This document shows, one piece after another, positions 1 through 9,464 of a stretch of DNA of 64,000 nucleotides. A program made the position numbers and the translations under genes. The stretch is from an uncultured Acidobacteriota bacterium (GTDB taxonomy: Bacteria; Acidobacteriota; Thermoanaerobaculia; UBA5066): the NCBI GenBank assembly GCA_963839295.1, contig CAWIUK010000013.1:67603-131602 (forward strand), in the 5' to 3' direction. The notes below the pieces were generated by a model. It saw only the letters and a program-made list of their open reading frames with translations. It searched no databases and was not told the DNA's origin. How positions within the stretch are numbered: position 1 is the stretch's first letter; the number at the start of each line of letters is the position of its first letter.

Positions 1-258
1 GCGCCGGACGGGCACCTTCAGCTTCGACATCTGCGCGGCCGTTCCGTAGTTCATGCCGTAAATCTGCGGGCTGACGGGGTGGCGGTCCGCGTTCGGGTCG
101 ACCGAAACCGGGATGGGTGCCGCAGGGGCGGGGCGGCCCGCCAGGGCACCGGCGAATGCGAGCGCACACGCCACCGCGTGCCGGACCGAACGCGGGCCGG
201 AGCCCAGGCGCCTTTTCCTTCGCAGATCGACTCCGTTTACACCTGGAAGTGTCGTCAC
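1..258 (-). CDS. N-terminal part of a secreted glycoside hydrolase, GH44-like (runs off the left edge; start uncertain)
   Basis: Manual minus-strand translation: signal-like AVACALAFAGALAG followed by PIPVSVDPNADRHPVSPQIYGMNYGTAAQMSKLKVPVRR, resembling the GH44 N-terminal 'VD..ADRH.ISP.IYG.N' pattern. GTG at 258 is one candidate start. Confidence 0.5.
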   Translation of the reverse strand, partial: MTTLPGVNGVDLRRKRRLGSGPRSVRHAVACALAFAGALAGRPAPAAPIPVSVDPNADRHPVSPQIYGMNYGTAAQMSKLKVPVRR

Positions 259-274
259 CTTTCGGCTGAGGCGT

Positions 275-1507
275 TCATCGCCGCGCCGGCCGGCAGAGGA
301 CGAGCGACGTGTCGCGCGCGTACAGGACGGGCACGGCCCAGTCCATCGGCTCGGCGGATCGCGCGACCGACACGGCGACGCGCGCCTCGCGCGCCGCCTC
401 GCCGAGCGCGTGGCCGCGCGCGAGAGCCCACATGAGGTGGCGCGCGAACGCCGTCGCGGACGTGTCGAGCACCTTGTACTGGTTCGCGACGACGGCCGGG
501 ATGCCGCCCGCGAGGAGCGAGGGCGCGACGCCGCGCAGGAAGTCGTTGCGGCCGCCGCGGCCGGTCTCGCACGCGTTCAGGACGACGAGCCGCAGGCCGC
601 GCCCGCAGAGGAGTCGGCGCAGGCGGTCCGCCTCGACCCAGGTCCCGTGGCCGCGGCCGTCCACGAGGAGGAGCGCGCCCGTCCTCTCCTTCTCGTCCCA
701 CGCGCCGTGCCCGACGAAATGGAGGACGTCGACGCGCGCGGACGCGAGCTTCCGGTGAAGGCCCGCGGGCGTCGCCGCCGGGAGGACGTCGAGGACGGCG
801 TGACCCGACCTCACGAGCGGCGCGAAGGCCGCGCGGACCGCGGCCGTCTCCTGCCGCGCCGAAACGGGCGTCGCGTCCCGCGGCTGCGCGACGGCGACGA
901 GGACGCGCAGCGGTCCCTTCCGGGGAGGCATCGTCTCGGGCGGGATCGCGCCGAAGACGTTGCGCACGAGGACGGCGTCGTCGGAGAGGAAACGGCGCCG
1001 CGACGGGTCCCACGCGAGCTCCCACGGCTTGTCGGCGATCCAGTCGAGCGCGGACGTGAACGAGAGCTCGAGCGGGCGCGGGGATGAGCCGCGCGCGGCG
1101 TCCCAGAGGCGGCGGACCTCTCCCGGGAAGAGCGTCTCGAAGAGGACCGCGCCGTAGGCGTGGAGCTCGCCGGCCTTCGGCAGGGGAGCCGAGGAGCGCC
1201 CGTCGAGGGCGCGGAGCACACTCTCGTGGAGCGCGATGATCCTCCGCATCCGTTCGCCCGCCGCGCCGCCCCGGGTCTCGAACGGCTCTACGACGCGGGC
1301 CCCCGCCCACGACGCGACGAGCCGCGGCGGCTCACCGTCGACGAGGAGGAGGTCGAACTTCTGCGCGCTTCGCGCGGAAGAGGGAGAGAAGAGAAGATTT
1401 CTTGGAAGGTGAATAGGGCTCGTGCGACCGGCCGTCGTGGCGGGCGCCGCCTCGGCCTTCGCCGCGCCCGGTGCGGCGCGCGGAGGCGCGCCGCGGTCGC
1501 TCTTCAC
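275..1507 (-). CDS. Stand-alone CHAT (caspase-like) domain protease
   Basis: Catalytic motifs LHFVGHG and LVVLNACETG, plus PWEL and W..PVLY CHAT motifs; no TPR region. Confidence 0.9.
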   Translation of the reverse strand: MKSDRGAPPRAAPGAAKAEAAPATTAGRTSPIHLPRNLLFSPSSARSAQKFDLLLVDGEPPRLVASWAGARVVEPFETRGGAAGERMRRIIALHESVLRALDGRSSAPLPKAGELHAYGAVLFETLFPGEVRRLWDAARGSSPRPLELSFTSALDWIADKPWELAWDPSRRRFLSDDAVLVRNVFGAIPPETMPPRKGPLRVLVAVAQPRDATPVSARQETAAVRAAFAPLVRSGHAVLDVLPAATPAGLHRKLASARVDVLHFVGHGAWDEKERTGALLLVDGRGHGTWVEADRLRRLLCGRGLRLVVLNACETGRGGRNDFLRGVAPSLLAGGIPAVVANQYKVLDTSATAFARHLMWALARGHALGEAAREARVAVSVARSAEPMDWAVPVLYARDTSLVLCRPARR

Positions 1508-2819
1508 TTTCTAAGAAACTCTTCAATCCCTCTTTCGTCTCATTCTGAGCAAAGAGATTCAGGTGATGGACGTCGCCCTCGAATCGTACGGTGTCTCTCT
1601 CGGCGATGCGGGCTCGCCCGAGGGAGAGGCCGCCCTCCGTCGGGACGACGAGGTCGTTCGGCGTCCGGAAGATCGCGTCGGCGCCGGCGTCGAGGAGGCG
1701 CTTCGCCAGGCCCCCTCCGGGCGTGAAGTCCGCGACGGCCGCGCCGTACGTCGTCCCGCCCGACGGCCGCGCGTTGAGGTCCGCGAGGAACGCGCCCGCC
1801 GGGTCCATCGCGGCGATTCCCGGGAGAGCGCCGCCCGCGCGCCGCGCGATCCAGACGAGCGCCTCTGCGGCGAAGTCGAGACCGAAGACGAGCGCCCCGG
1901 ACGGGAGCACCTCGCCGAGGTTCGCGATCCACGCCGCAAGCTCGTCCCACCGTGCCGGCGCCGCGAGCGGCGTCCCCTCGGACGGGGCGGCCGCGAGAAA
2001 CGCCCGGCCGATCGCCGGCGCGTTCGCCGTGGACGCGAGGGCGCGCAGGACGAGGCCGCCGCGCGAGTGCGTCACGACGTCGACGCGCGCTCCCGACAGC
2101 AGCGGTCGCAGCTCCCTCACGTTGTCGCCGGGCGCGCGGCTTACCGTGAGGTGGTTGAACGCGTAGACGCGGCCGCCGTACGCGGCGGCGAGCGCGTCGA
2201 ACGCCGCCGGCTCCTTCGCGAGGTCGCCGAACGCGGCGGACGCGTGCGAGAACGTCCCGTGGAGGAAGAGGAGCGCCTTTTCCGGGCCGCGCGGCAGCGA
2301 GCCGTGGACACGAGTGGCGACGAGGAAATCCCCGCGCCGCGCGAGAGACACGAGGCCGAGCGGCGCGCGGGCGGCGGCGAACCGGCGCCGCTCCCACGCG
2401 CGGGCGAGGAAGGGAAGGGCCGCCCGGGCAGCGGTCCCGGCGACGCGGAGGACGAAGAGCGCGACCGTTCCGGCCGGACCTCGGCGCGCCGGCGGGGGAA
2501 GGGGCACGTCGAAGACGTGCTCGCCGCCGGCGAACGAGACCGCCCGGTGGAACGTGAGCGCGCCCGAAGGATGGCGCGCGACCGCGACGAAGCCGCCGGA
2601 CGCCGGAGCCTCGACGCTGACGGCCGCGCGGCCGGGGAGTGCGGGCGCTCCCCGGCGCGGGCGCACGCGGGAGGCGGCCGCGAGGGAGAGGCGCCTCGTC
2701 GCGAGCGCGCGCGAGAGAAAGGGATCCTCGGCGGCGGCCCGGACCGTCGCGCGCCGCGCCGCGGGGCGCACGACTTCCCAGCCCGGGCTGGTCGAGAGGC
2801 GGACCCGCGGCGTCGCCAT
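1332..2819 (-). CDS. Alpha/beta-fold hydrolase (lipase/esterase-like); 3' end uncertain, possibly ~1504
   Basis: Oxyanion motif LFLHGTFS, nucleophile elbow VVTHSRGG, ND.VVP and C-terminal HH. The ORF overlaps the CHAT gene by 176 nt, which suggests an indel near 1508. Confidence 0.8.
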   Translation of the reverse strand: MATPRVRLSTSPGWEVVRPAARRATVRAAAEDPFLSRALATRRLSLAAASRVRPRRGAPALPGRAAVSVEAPASGGFVAVARHPSGALTFHRAVSFAGGEHVFDVPLPPPARRGPAGTVALFVLRVAGTAARAALPFLARAWERRRFAAARAPLGLVSLARRGDFLVATRVHGSLPRGPEKALLFLHGTFSHASAAFGDLAKEPAAFDALAAAYGGRVYAFNHLTVSRAPGDNVRELRPLLSGARVDVVTHSRGGLVLRALASTANAPAIGRAFLAAAPSEGTPLAAPARWDELAAWIANLGEVLPSGALVFGLDFAAEALVWIARRAGGALPGIAAMDPAGAFLADLNARPSGGTTYGAAVADFTPGGGLAKRLLDAGADAIFRTPNDLVVPTEGGLSLGRARIAERDTVRFEGDVHHLNLFAQNETKEGLKSFLESEERPRRASARRTGRGEGRGGARHDGRSHEPYSPSKKSSLLSLFRAKRAEVRPPPRRR

Positions 2820-2837
2820 GCCCGGTCTCGACGGGGC

Positions 2838-3584
2838 TCAGCCGAAGTCGACGACGAGCGGGGCGTGGTCGCTCGTGCCGAAATCGCGGTGGACGCGCGC
2901 GGCCGTGGCCGTCTTCGCGAGGTCCGCGCTCGCGAGGACGAAGTCGATCCGCCAGCCGATGTTCCGCTCCTTCATCTGGCGCCACGGGGCCCAGTACGTG
3001 AAGAGGTCGTCGTTGTCCGGGTCGAGCGCGCGGCCGACGTCCACGAGGCCCTCGGCGATCACCTTCTCGAGGAGCGCCCGCTCGTCCGGCCGCTGGCCGA
3101 TCGCGTTCGCCTTGCGCTCTTTCGCGTGGACGTCGCGGTCGGTCGGGGCCACGTTCAGGTCGCCGCAGACGAGGAGGGACCGGCCCGCGCCCTTCGCCGC
3201 GCGCGCCCAGCCGGCCATCGCGTCGAGGAACGCGAGCTTCGCGGCGTAGTCCTTGCCGCCGTTCGGGACGTAGACGGAGGCGACGGAGAACTTCGGCGTC
3301 GCGGCCTCGACGATGCGCGTCTCGTGGTCGAAGTCGGGATGCGAGAAGCCCGCGGCCTCGCCGAACGTCGCGGTCTTCAGGAGGAGGCCGACGCCCGAGT
3401 AGCCCTTGTGCCCGTGCCAGTAGGACGCGTAGCCCGCGGGCGCCGCGAGCGAGATCGGCATCTGCTCGGGCGCCGCCTTCAGCTCCTGCAGGCACACGAC
3501 GTCCGGTGCGTGCGTGTCGAGGAACTCCAGCACCTGCAGCTCGCGGGCGCGGATGCCGTTGACGTTCCAGGTGACGACCTTCAC
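2838..3584 (-). CDS. xth: Exodeoxyribonuclease III (AP endonuclease)
   Basis: KVVTWNVNGIRAR, CLQELK, YVPNG, GDLNVA, GWRIDF, SDHAP; GTG start overlaps the upstream TGA. Confidence 0.95.
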   Translation of the reverse strand: MKVVTWNVNGIRARELQVLEFLDTHAPDVVCLQELKAAPEQMPISLAAPAGYASYWHGHKGYSGVGLLLKTATFGEAAGFSHPDFDHETRIVEAATPKFSVASVYVPNGGKDYAAKLAFLDAMAGWARAAKGAGRSLLVCGDLNVAPTDRDVHAKERKANAIGQRPDERALLEKVIAEGLVDVGRALDPDNDDLFTYWAPWRQMKERNIGWRIDFVLASADLAKTATAARVHRDFGTSDHAPLVVDFG

Positions 3585-4276
3585 GTGAAGAGCTCCGCGA
3601 AGCGCCGGGCGAGGGCGGGCGCGGCGCCCTCCTCCTCGTGCTTGAAGAAGACGTACGCCTCGTCCCATCCTGCGCCGCGGACCTTGTCGGCCCACGCGGC
3701 GAGGTCGGCGTCGCCGTAGTCCTCGCGCCGGAGCCTCAGGTACCCCCACGGCGCGGTGGCCTCGAACGGCGTCACGCCCTTCTCGTCGTCGGCGACGCAC
3801 AGTGCGGCGCCCGCCGACTTCAGGAGCGCGAAGACCTCCGCGTCGAGCCACGTCGGGTTGCGGAACTCGAACGAGGCCTTCACGTCGGACGGCAGGAGCG
3901 CGAGGAACGCCGCGAGGCGCGGGACGTCCTTCTTGAGGTTCGGGGGGAGGCCGTAGAGGACGGGCCCGAGCTTGTCGCCGAGCTGTCGGGCCGCGCCGAG
4001 GAGGAACTTGACCTCGCCGTCGGCTTCCTTGAGGCGCTTGATGTGCGTGATGCGCTGGGAAGCCTTCAGCGCGAACCGGAAGCCCGCGGGAACCTGCGCG
4101 GCCCAGCCCGCGAGGAGCTCCGGCTTCGGCATCCGGTAGAACGTGTTGTTGATCTCGACCGCCGGGAGCTTCGTCGCGTAGAACTCGAGCCGGCCGGCGG
4201 CGGGCAGGTCCTCGGGATAGAACGTTCCCGCCCAGCCGTCGTAGCTGAACCCGCTCGTGCCGGCGAAGAGCCTCAC
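3581..4276 (-). CDS. DUF72 (YecE/YunF) family protein
   Basis: GTSGFSY..W..FYP, VEINNTFYRMP, FEFRN..W, YLRLR, YVFFKHE; GTGA overlaps on both sides. Confidence 0.92.
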   Translation of the reverse strand: MRLFAGTSGFSYDGWAGTFYPEDLPAAGRLEFYATKLPAVEINNTFYRMPKPELLAGWAAQVPAGFRFALKASQRITHIKRLKEADGEVKFLLGAARQLGDKLGPVLYGLPPNLKKDVPRLAAFLALLPSDVKASFEFRNPTWLDAEVFALLKSAGAALCVADDEKGVTPFEATAPWGYLRLRREDYGDADLAAWADKVRGAGWDEAYVFFKHEEEGAAPALARRFAELFT

Positions 4277-5121
4277 GTTCGCACCCGTTTCGGGGGTGGA
4301 GCGGGCTTGCGGACGACGACGACCGAGACGTTGTCGGGCGCGCCGGCCTCGAGCGCGGCGTTCACCAGGGCCTGCACGGCTTCCTCGGGCGGGCGCGAGG
4401 CGAGGATCGTCTCCATCTCGAGCTCCTCGACGACGCCGTGGAGGCCGTCCGTGGCGAGGAGGAGCGTCGCGCCGTCGGGCCACGGGCGCCAGAAGAGGTC
4501 GACCTCGACGGCGTCCCTCGTCCCGAGCGAGCGCGTGATGAGGTGGCGAAACGGCGACGTCTCGGCGGCGTCGGCCGGCACGAGGCCGCGCCGGATCTCC
4601 TCGGCGAGGTACGTGTGGTCGCGGCTGACCTGCTCGAGGCGCCCGTCGTTCATCAGGTAGGCGCGGCTGTCGCCGATGTTCCCGACGAGGAGCCACCGGC
4701 CGAGGACGAGCGCCGCGACGAGCGTCGTCCCCATGTTCGGCAGCGTGCGCGCGTCCTCGCCCTTCCCGACCGTCTCGGGCTTCGCGAGGACGCCCGCGCG
4801 GCGCACCGCCGTGTTCGCCGTGAGGATCGCCTTCCGGAACATCTCGACGGGGTCGCCGGGCGAGTTGTAGAAGGTGGCGTAGAGCACGTCGATCGCGAGC
4901 TTGCTCGCGATCTCGCCCCGCGCGTGCCCGCCCATGCCGTCGGCCACGGCAAAGAGCGCGCCGCGCGCGGCGAGGCGCGACGGGCTCCCGACGAGCGGCG
5001 CGAGCCGCTCCGGGTCGCCGATGTAGTCCTCGTTGGCCGGCCGGACCCTGCCGACGTCCGACAGGCTGGCCCACGCGAGGGGGGGCGGCTCGACGCGCGA
5101 AGGTTCCGGCACGGACCGCAT
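4273..5121 (-). CDS. PP2C/PPM-family Ser/Thr protein phosphatase
   Basis: SDVGRVR.NED, VADGMGGH, MGTT, NIGDSRAY, LATDGL, DNVS. Confidence 0.93.
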   Translation of the reverse strand: MRSVPEPSRVEPPPLAWASLSDVGRVRPANEDYIGDPERLAPLVGSPSRLAARGALFAVADGMGGHARGEIASKLAIDVLYATFYNSPGDPVEMFRKAILTANTAVRRAGVLAKPETVGKGEDARTLPNMGTTLVAALVLGRWLLVGNIGDSRAYLMNDGRLEQVSRDHTYLAEEIRRGLVPADAAETSPFRHLITRSLGTRDAVEVDLFWRPWPDGATLLLATDGLHGVVEELEMETILASRPPEEAVQALVNAALEAGAPDNVSVVVVRKPAPPPKRVRT

Positions 5122-5122
5122 C

Positions 5123-6958
5123 CTAGCGCCCGGCGGGGGCGGCGCCGCGCGGCGGCTCGATCCCGAGAGCGCGTGCGGCGCGCGCGGCGACCTCGAGGAG
5201 AGAGACGGTTTCGGGCCGGGCCGGGACGATCCCGGGACCGATCGCGCCGAAGGACGCGTCGAGGACCGGATACGCGGCGCGGTACCCGTGCCCGCCCCGG
5301 TTGCCCGGGCTGCCGAGGACCTGGGGGCCGCCGCGCCGGAATTCGTTGCCCGGCGTCAGGAGGACGACGACGTCTCCCGAGCGAGGGTTGTCGAGCCCGA
5401 TGCGCGCGAGCCCGGCGTGCGGGACGACGTCGTCGACGAGTCCGTCCTTCAGGTCGGCGAGCCCTCGCAGGTCGGCGAGCAGCGCGCCCGCGGTCGTCTC
5501 GCGCGCGGCGCCGGAAAGGGCGGGGTCGAGGTAGACGTGCGCGATCCCGCTCGTTGCGCAGACCTGCACGCGCCGGGCGCCTTCGCCCGGGCCTTTCGGC
5601 CCGACGGGCGTCCAGCCTTTCTCCACGAGGAACTTCTCGAGGTTCACACCCGACGTCAGGGGGACCATCCCGTGGTCGCTGAAGAACAGGAACGAGTCGC
5701 GAGGGGAGAGCGCGGCGAGGATCGTGGCGACCGACCGGTCGGCCGTCCGGAACGCCCCGACGACCGCGTCCCTCGAGCCGCCGCTCGGGCCCGGCTCGAA
5801 GGCGTGCTCGACTTCGTCGACGAGCGGCTCGTAGCCGACGAGGAGGTCGAAGCGTTCGTGGCGGACCGTGTAGTCGATCGCCTTCGTGAGGTACTCGGCG
5901 AGGCGCTCGGCCTGCTCCTCGTGGGCGGTGAAATCCGAGCGCGAGCCGCGCATGAAGGCGTAGTCGGGCGGACCGGGCCAGCCTCCGATCGCCTGCTCGA
6001 GGCGGCGGCGGTAGTCGTCCGGATAGCCCGGCACCGCGTAGAACGCGCCGACGTAGAGCTCCGCGCGGGCGAGACCGGGATCGAGCCCCTCGAGCCGGCA
6101 CCACGCCGTGATGCTCCCGCCTCTGCCCGGAACGGAGAGGGCGAACCATCCCCGCTCGGGCACGGCGCCGAGCGCGGCGAGACCGGAGGCGCTCTCGCGG
6201 GCGACCGAGACGAGGTCGTAGTTCGCCGCGCCGTCGTCCGTCGTGTCGGTCGCCGTGAGGCGCAGCGTCACGGTGCCGGCGGGGGTGGAAACCGGCACGC
6301 GCGTCTGCCGCGCGGGCGAGAACGACCGCCCGGCGGGAGCGGCCGCGTCGGTCCAGGCGTCCCCCGCGACGCGCACGAACGCGGACTCGAGCGCGGGCTT
6401 CTCCGGCCAGACGAGGCCGAGGTCGCCGCGCCGGCTCTCGGTCGTCGCGTCCGCGCCGGGGTAGAGGAGCACCGCGACCCGGCGTCCCTGCCGCCGCGCC
6501 GCTTCCCAGAGCGTCTCGCTCCCGATCGGCGCGAGGAAGCCGGTCGTGAAGGTCCCGAACGGGGAGCCGCTCACGCGGAACTGGTTCGCGACGATGCCCG
6601 TCCTCGAGGGCGGCGCGCCCGTGATCGCCGCGATGTGCGCGACGGGCGTCAGCGACGGCGTGACGTCCACCGCGCGTCCGGCGAGGATCCCGCGCCCGGC
6701 GAACGCCGAGAAGCCTCCCGCGTCGAGCGCGCCCGCCGCGAGAAGCTCGTTCAGGCGCACGCCCCCGAGCCCGTCGAACGAGATCGCGACGACGCGCCCC
6801 GCTTCCTGCGGCGCGGAGGCGGAGGCCGCCGGCGCGGGCCGGGTCCCCGCGCAGCCCGGGACGAACGCGGCGGCGAGGACCGCGGCGGCGAGAGGAAGGG
6901 CGATCGAAGCGGCGCGGAGGGGGCGGAGGGCGCGGAGGGCGCGGGCGCGGCGTGTCAC
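5123..6958 (-). CDS. Alkaline phosphatase superfamily lipoprotein (nucleotide pyrophosphatase/type I phosphodiesterase)
   Basis: Lipobox-like VPGC; ISFDG, PSLT..AH..I.TG, DEVEH, SDHG, GGHG. Confidence 0.85.
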   Translation of the reverse strand: MTRRARALRALRPLRAASIALPLAAAVLAAAFVPGCAGTRPAPAASASAPQEAGRVVAISFDGLGGVRLNELLAAGALDAGGFSAFAGRGILAGRAVDVTPSLTPVAHIAAITGAPPSRTGIVANQFRVSGSPFGTFTTGFLAPIGSETLWEAARRQGRRVAVLLYPGADATTESRRGDLGLVWPEKPALESAFVRVAGDAWTDAAAPAGRSFSPARQTRVPVSTPAGTVTLRLTATDTTDDGAANYDLVSVARESASGLAALGAVPERGWFALSVPGRGGSITAWCRLEGLDPGLARAELYVGAFYAVPGYPDDYRRRLEQAIGGWPGPPDYAFMRGSRSDFTAHEEQAERLAEYLTKAIDYTVRHERFDLLVGYEPLVDEVEHAFEPGPSGGSRDAVVGAFRTADRSVATILAALSPRDSFLFFSDHGMVPLTSGVNLEKFLVEKGWTPVGPKGPGEGARRVQVCATSGIAHVYLDPALSGAARETTAGALLADLRGLADLKDGLVDDVVPHAGLARIGLDNPRSGDVVVLLTPGNEFRRGGPQVLGSPGNRGGHGYRAAYPVLDASFGAIGPGIVPARPETVSLLEVAARAARALGIEPPRGAAPAGR

Positions 6959-7004
6959 GGCGGGAGATTGCCACGCCCGGCCGCGCGACGAAACGGGCGC
7001 CGTC

Positions 7005-8108
7005 TCAGCGGGCCGCGATGCCCTCGATCTTCCGGATCCGGTAGTTCTGCGCGTCGATCACGTAGAGGTTCCCCTTGCCGTCGAGGCCGAGCCCGATCGG
7101 AACGGACAGCGCCGCGGCGGCGGCCGGCCCGCCGTCGCCGGAGAATCCGGGGTCTCCCGTTCCCGCGACGCGCGTGATGGTCCCCGTCCTGGCGTCGACG
7201 CGCCGGATCACGTTGTTCGACGTGTCCGCGATGAAGACGTTTCCGGCGGCGTCGACCGCGAGCGTCGCGGGCTGGTTCAGGACGGCGTCGGCGGCGGGGC
7301 CGCCGTCGCCGTCGTAGCCGGTCTTTCCGTTTCCGGCGAAGGCCGTGACGGTCTCGCCCTTCGCGTCCAGCTTCAGGATCTGGTTGTTCCCGCTCGCGAC
7401 GAAGTAGAGGGCGCCGCTGCGGTCGTAGCGCGGGCTGTTGGGCCAGGCGAACCCGGTCTTCAGGGCGGGCCCGCCGGTGAAGAGCAGCTCGTTCTTCCCG
7501 GCGATCGTTTCGGTCCTCAGGGTCCTGGGGTCCCAGCGGCGGATCCTCGAGCCGTACACCTCGGTGACGAGGAGCCGGCCCTCCCGGTCGAACGCGAGGC
7601 CGCTCGGGCGTCCGATCGGAACGTCCGTCGCGATCCCGTCTTCTGTGTAGTTCGCGGACCGGTTGCCCACCACCGTCGTGATGATCCCGGTCTCGTGGTC
7701 CACGCGCCGGACGAGGTTGTTCCCGGCGTCCCCGATGAAGAGGTTGCCCTTCCGGTCCACCGCGATCTCGGCGGGGGCCTTGAGCCGGGCCCTGGTCGCC
7801 GGTCCGCCGTCGCCGGAGTAGCCGCACGTCGTGCCGGCGACGGTCTCGAGGAGGCCCGTCTTCCGCACGATCCGGCGCACGCGGCAGGCGCGGACCTCGG
7901 AAAACGTCATGTTCCCGTCGGCGTCGAAGAGGACGTTCGTCACTCCGTCGGTCGCGAGCGCGAGCGACGACGTCGCCGCCGGCGAGCCGTCGGGCGAGAA
8001 CGCGGGGTTCCCGTTCCCCGCGATTGTCGTGATCGTCTGGGCGGACGCCGGGCGAACGCCCGCGGCGAGGAGGAGCGCGGCGGCGAGAGGAGAAAGACGG
8101 CGTCTCAT
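7005..8108 (-). CDS. Secreted NHL-repeat beta-propeller protein
   Basis: Signal peptide MRRRLSPLAAALLLAAG and repeated GYSGDGGPA..A.L..P..AVD..GNLFIAD units; ATG at 8108. Confidence 0.9.
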   Translation of the reverse strand: MRRRLSPLAAALLLAAGVRPASAQTITTIAGNGNPAFSPDGSPAATSSLALATDGVTNVLFDADGNMTFSEVRACRVRRIVRKTGLLETVAGTTCGYSGDGGPATRARLKAPAEIAVDRKGNLFIGDAGNNLVRRVDHETGIITTVVGNRSANYTEDGIATDVPIGRPSGLAFDREGRLLVTEVYGSRIRRWDPRTLRTETIAGKNELLFTGGPALKTGFAWPNSPRYDRSGALYFVASGNNQILKLDAKGETVTAFAGNGKTGYDGDGGPAADAVLNQPATLAVDAAGNVFIADTSNNVIRRVDARTGTITRVAGTGDPGFSGDGGPAAAAALSVPIGLGLDGKGNLYVIDAQNYRIRKIEGIAAR

Positions 8109-8128
8109 TTCCCGATGATAGGGCCGCC

Positions 8129-9403
8129 TCAGAGAAGGGGCGAGAGGCTCCGGGCGATCCGGTCGCCGATCCGGTGCAGGCCCGTCCGGCGGTCCCACGC
8201 GTCCCGCGTGATCTCGTCCGCGTCCGCGAGGTCGGCCTCGAACCGGGTCTCGAGGCCCCGGGCGACCCCGGCGTCCAGCACGACCACGTTGCACTCGGCG
8301 TTGAAGTGGAACGAACGGAAGTCCATGTTCGTGGACCCGACCATCGAGACGGCGCCGTCCGCGACGAAGGACTTCGCGTGCAGGACCGAGGGCCGGTATT
8401 CGAAGATCCTCACGCCGCGGCGGAGGAGGTACCGGTACGACCCGTGCCCGGCGTGCCGCACGAGCGGGACGTCGCTGAGCCCGGGGAGCAGGAGCCGCAC
8501 GTCGACGCCGCGCCGCGCCGCGGCCGCGAGGAGCGGCAGCGCGCCGCGCCGGGGCGCGAAGTAGGCGTTCGTGAGCCAGAACCTCTCGCGCGACGCGGCG
8601 AGCGACGCCGCGATCACGGAAGCCGTCTCCTCGTGCCCGCGCCCCGGGCTCGAGTCGAGGACGAGGACGGACGCGCCCGGGGGCGCGGGCGCGTCGGCGG
8701 GGGGCAGGGCGAGCGCGGGAATCTCGAACGGCGCGCCGCCCGCGCCCTCCCATCCCTCGCGGAAGACGACCGCCATCTCCCACGCCGCGGGGCCCTCGAT
8801 CCGCGCGTGCGTGTCGCGCCACGCGTGGCCGTGCTCGGGCGGCCCGACCGACGAGCCGTACTCCTCGCCCACGTTCATCCCGCCCGTGAACGCGACACGG
8901 CGGTCCACGGCGAGGATCTTCCGGTGGTCGCGGTACGGCTGGTACCAGAGGTACGGAAAGAGAGGGTGGTAGAGGCGGACGTCGAGGCCCCGCTCCTCCA
9001 TCCGACGCCAGAACGAGCCGTGTGTCGCGCTCGACCCGAACGCGTCCGCGAGGACGCGGACGGCCACGCCGCGCCGGGCGGCGGCCTCGAGGGCGTCGGC
9101 GAGGGCGCGCCCCGCCGCGTCGTCCTTGAGGATGTACGCCTCGAGCAGGACCTCCTCGCGCGCGGCCTCGATCGCCGCGCCCATCGCGGCGAAGGCCGCG
9201 GCGCCGTCGAAGTAGAGCGTGACGGCGTTTCCGCGGTGGATCGGCGAGGCGTCGATCCTCCTCAGCAGGACCTCGAAGAGGGGGTCGCGGAGCCCGTCCG
9301 GGAGCGCCGCGGCGAGGCGGCCGACGCGCCCGGGACGGACGTCGCGCGGGAGCACGCGGAACGCCATCGGGCGCAGGATCGGCCTGAGAAACCGCGGCGT
9401 CAT
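8129..9403 (-). CDS. clsB: Cardiolipin synthase (ClsB-like, phospholipase D family)
   Basis: Two HKD motifs (DHRKILAVD, LHAKSFVAD), WRDTH, AYFAP, GSTNMDFRS. Confidence 0.82.
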   Translation of the reverse strand: MTPRFLRPILRPMAFRVLPRDVRPGRVGRLAAALPDGLRDPLFEVLLRRIDASPIHRGNAVTLYFDGAAAFAAMGAAIEAAREEVLLEAYILKDDAAGRALADALEAAARRGVAVRVLADAFGSSATHGSFWRRMEERGLDVRLYHPLFPYLWYQPYRDHRKILAVDRRVAFTGGMNVGEEYGSSVGPPEHGHAWRDTHARIEGPAAWEMAVVFREGWEGAGGAPFEIPALALPPADAPAPPGASVLVLDSSPGRGHEETASVIAASLAASRERFWLTNAYFAPRRGALPLLAAAARRGVDVRLLLPGLSDVPLVRHAGHGSYRYLLRRGVRIFEYRPSVLHAKSFVADGAVSMVGSTNMDFRSFHFNAECNVVVLDAGVARGLETRFEADLADADEITRDAWDRRTGLHRIGDRIARSLSPLL

Positions 9404-9464
9404 GCGCCGCCTCTTCTTGCGCTCGCGTCCGAACACGCCGGAGCCTCCGCGCTATCCTCGCACG

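Noticed and set aside
6911-6950. 9-bp imperfect tandem repeat (gcggagggc)
   Set aside because: An in-frame expansion in a signal-peptide n-region (RALRALRPLR), with no frame-switching potential.
7005-8108. Repeated DNA units (gccgtcgccg...) that might suggest a CRISPR or repeat array
   Set aside because: They are degenerate in-frame NHL protein repeats with no constant repeat-spacer structure. The same holds for the PD40 and BNR repeats elsewhere.
8129-9403. PLD-domain gene as a defence nuclease linked to the CHAT locus
   Set aside because: Two HKD motifs with cardiolipin-synthase context motifs indicate a housekeeping lipid enzyme.
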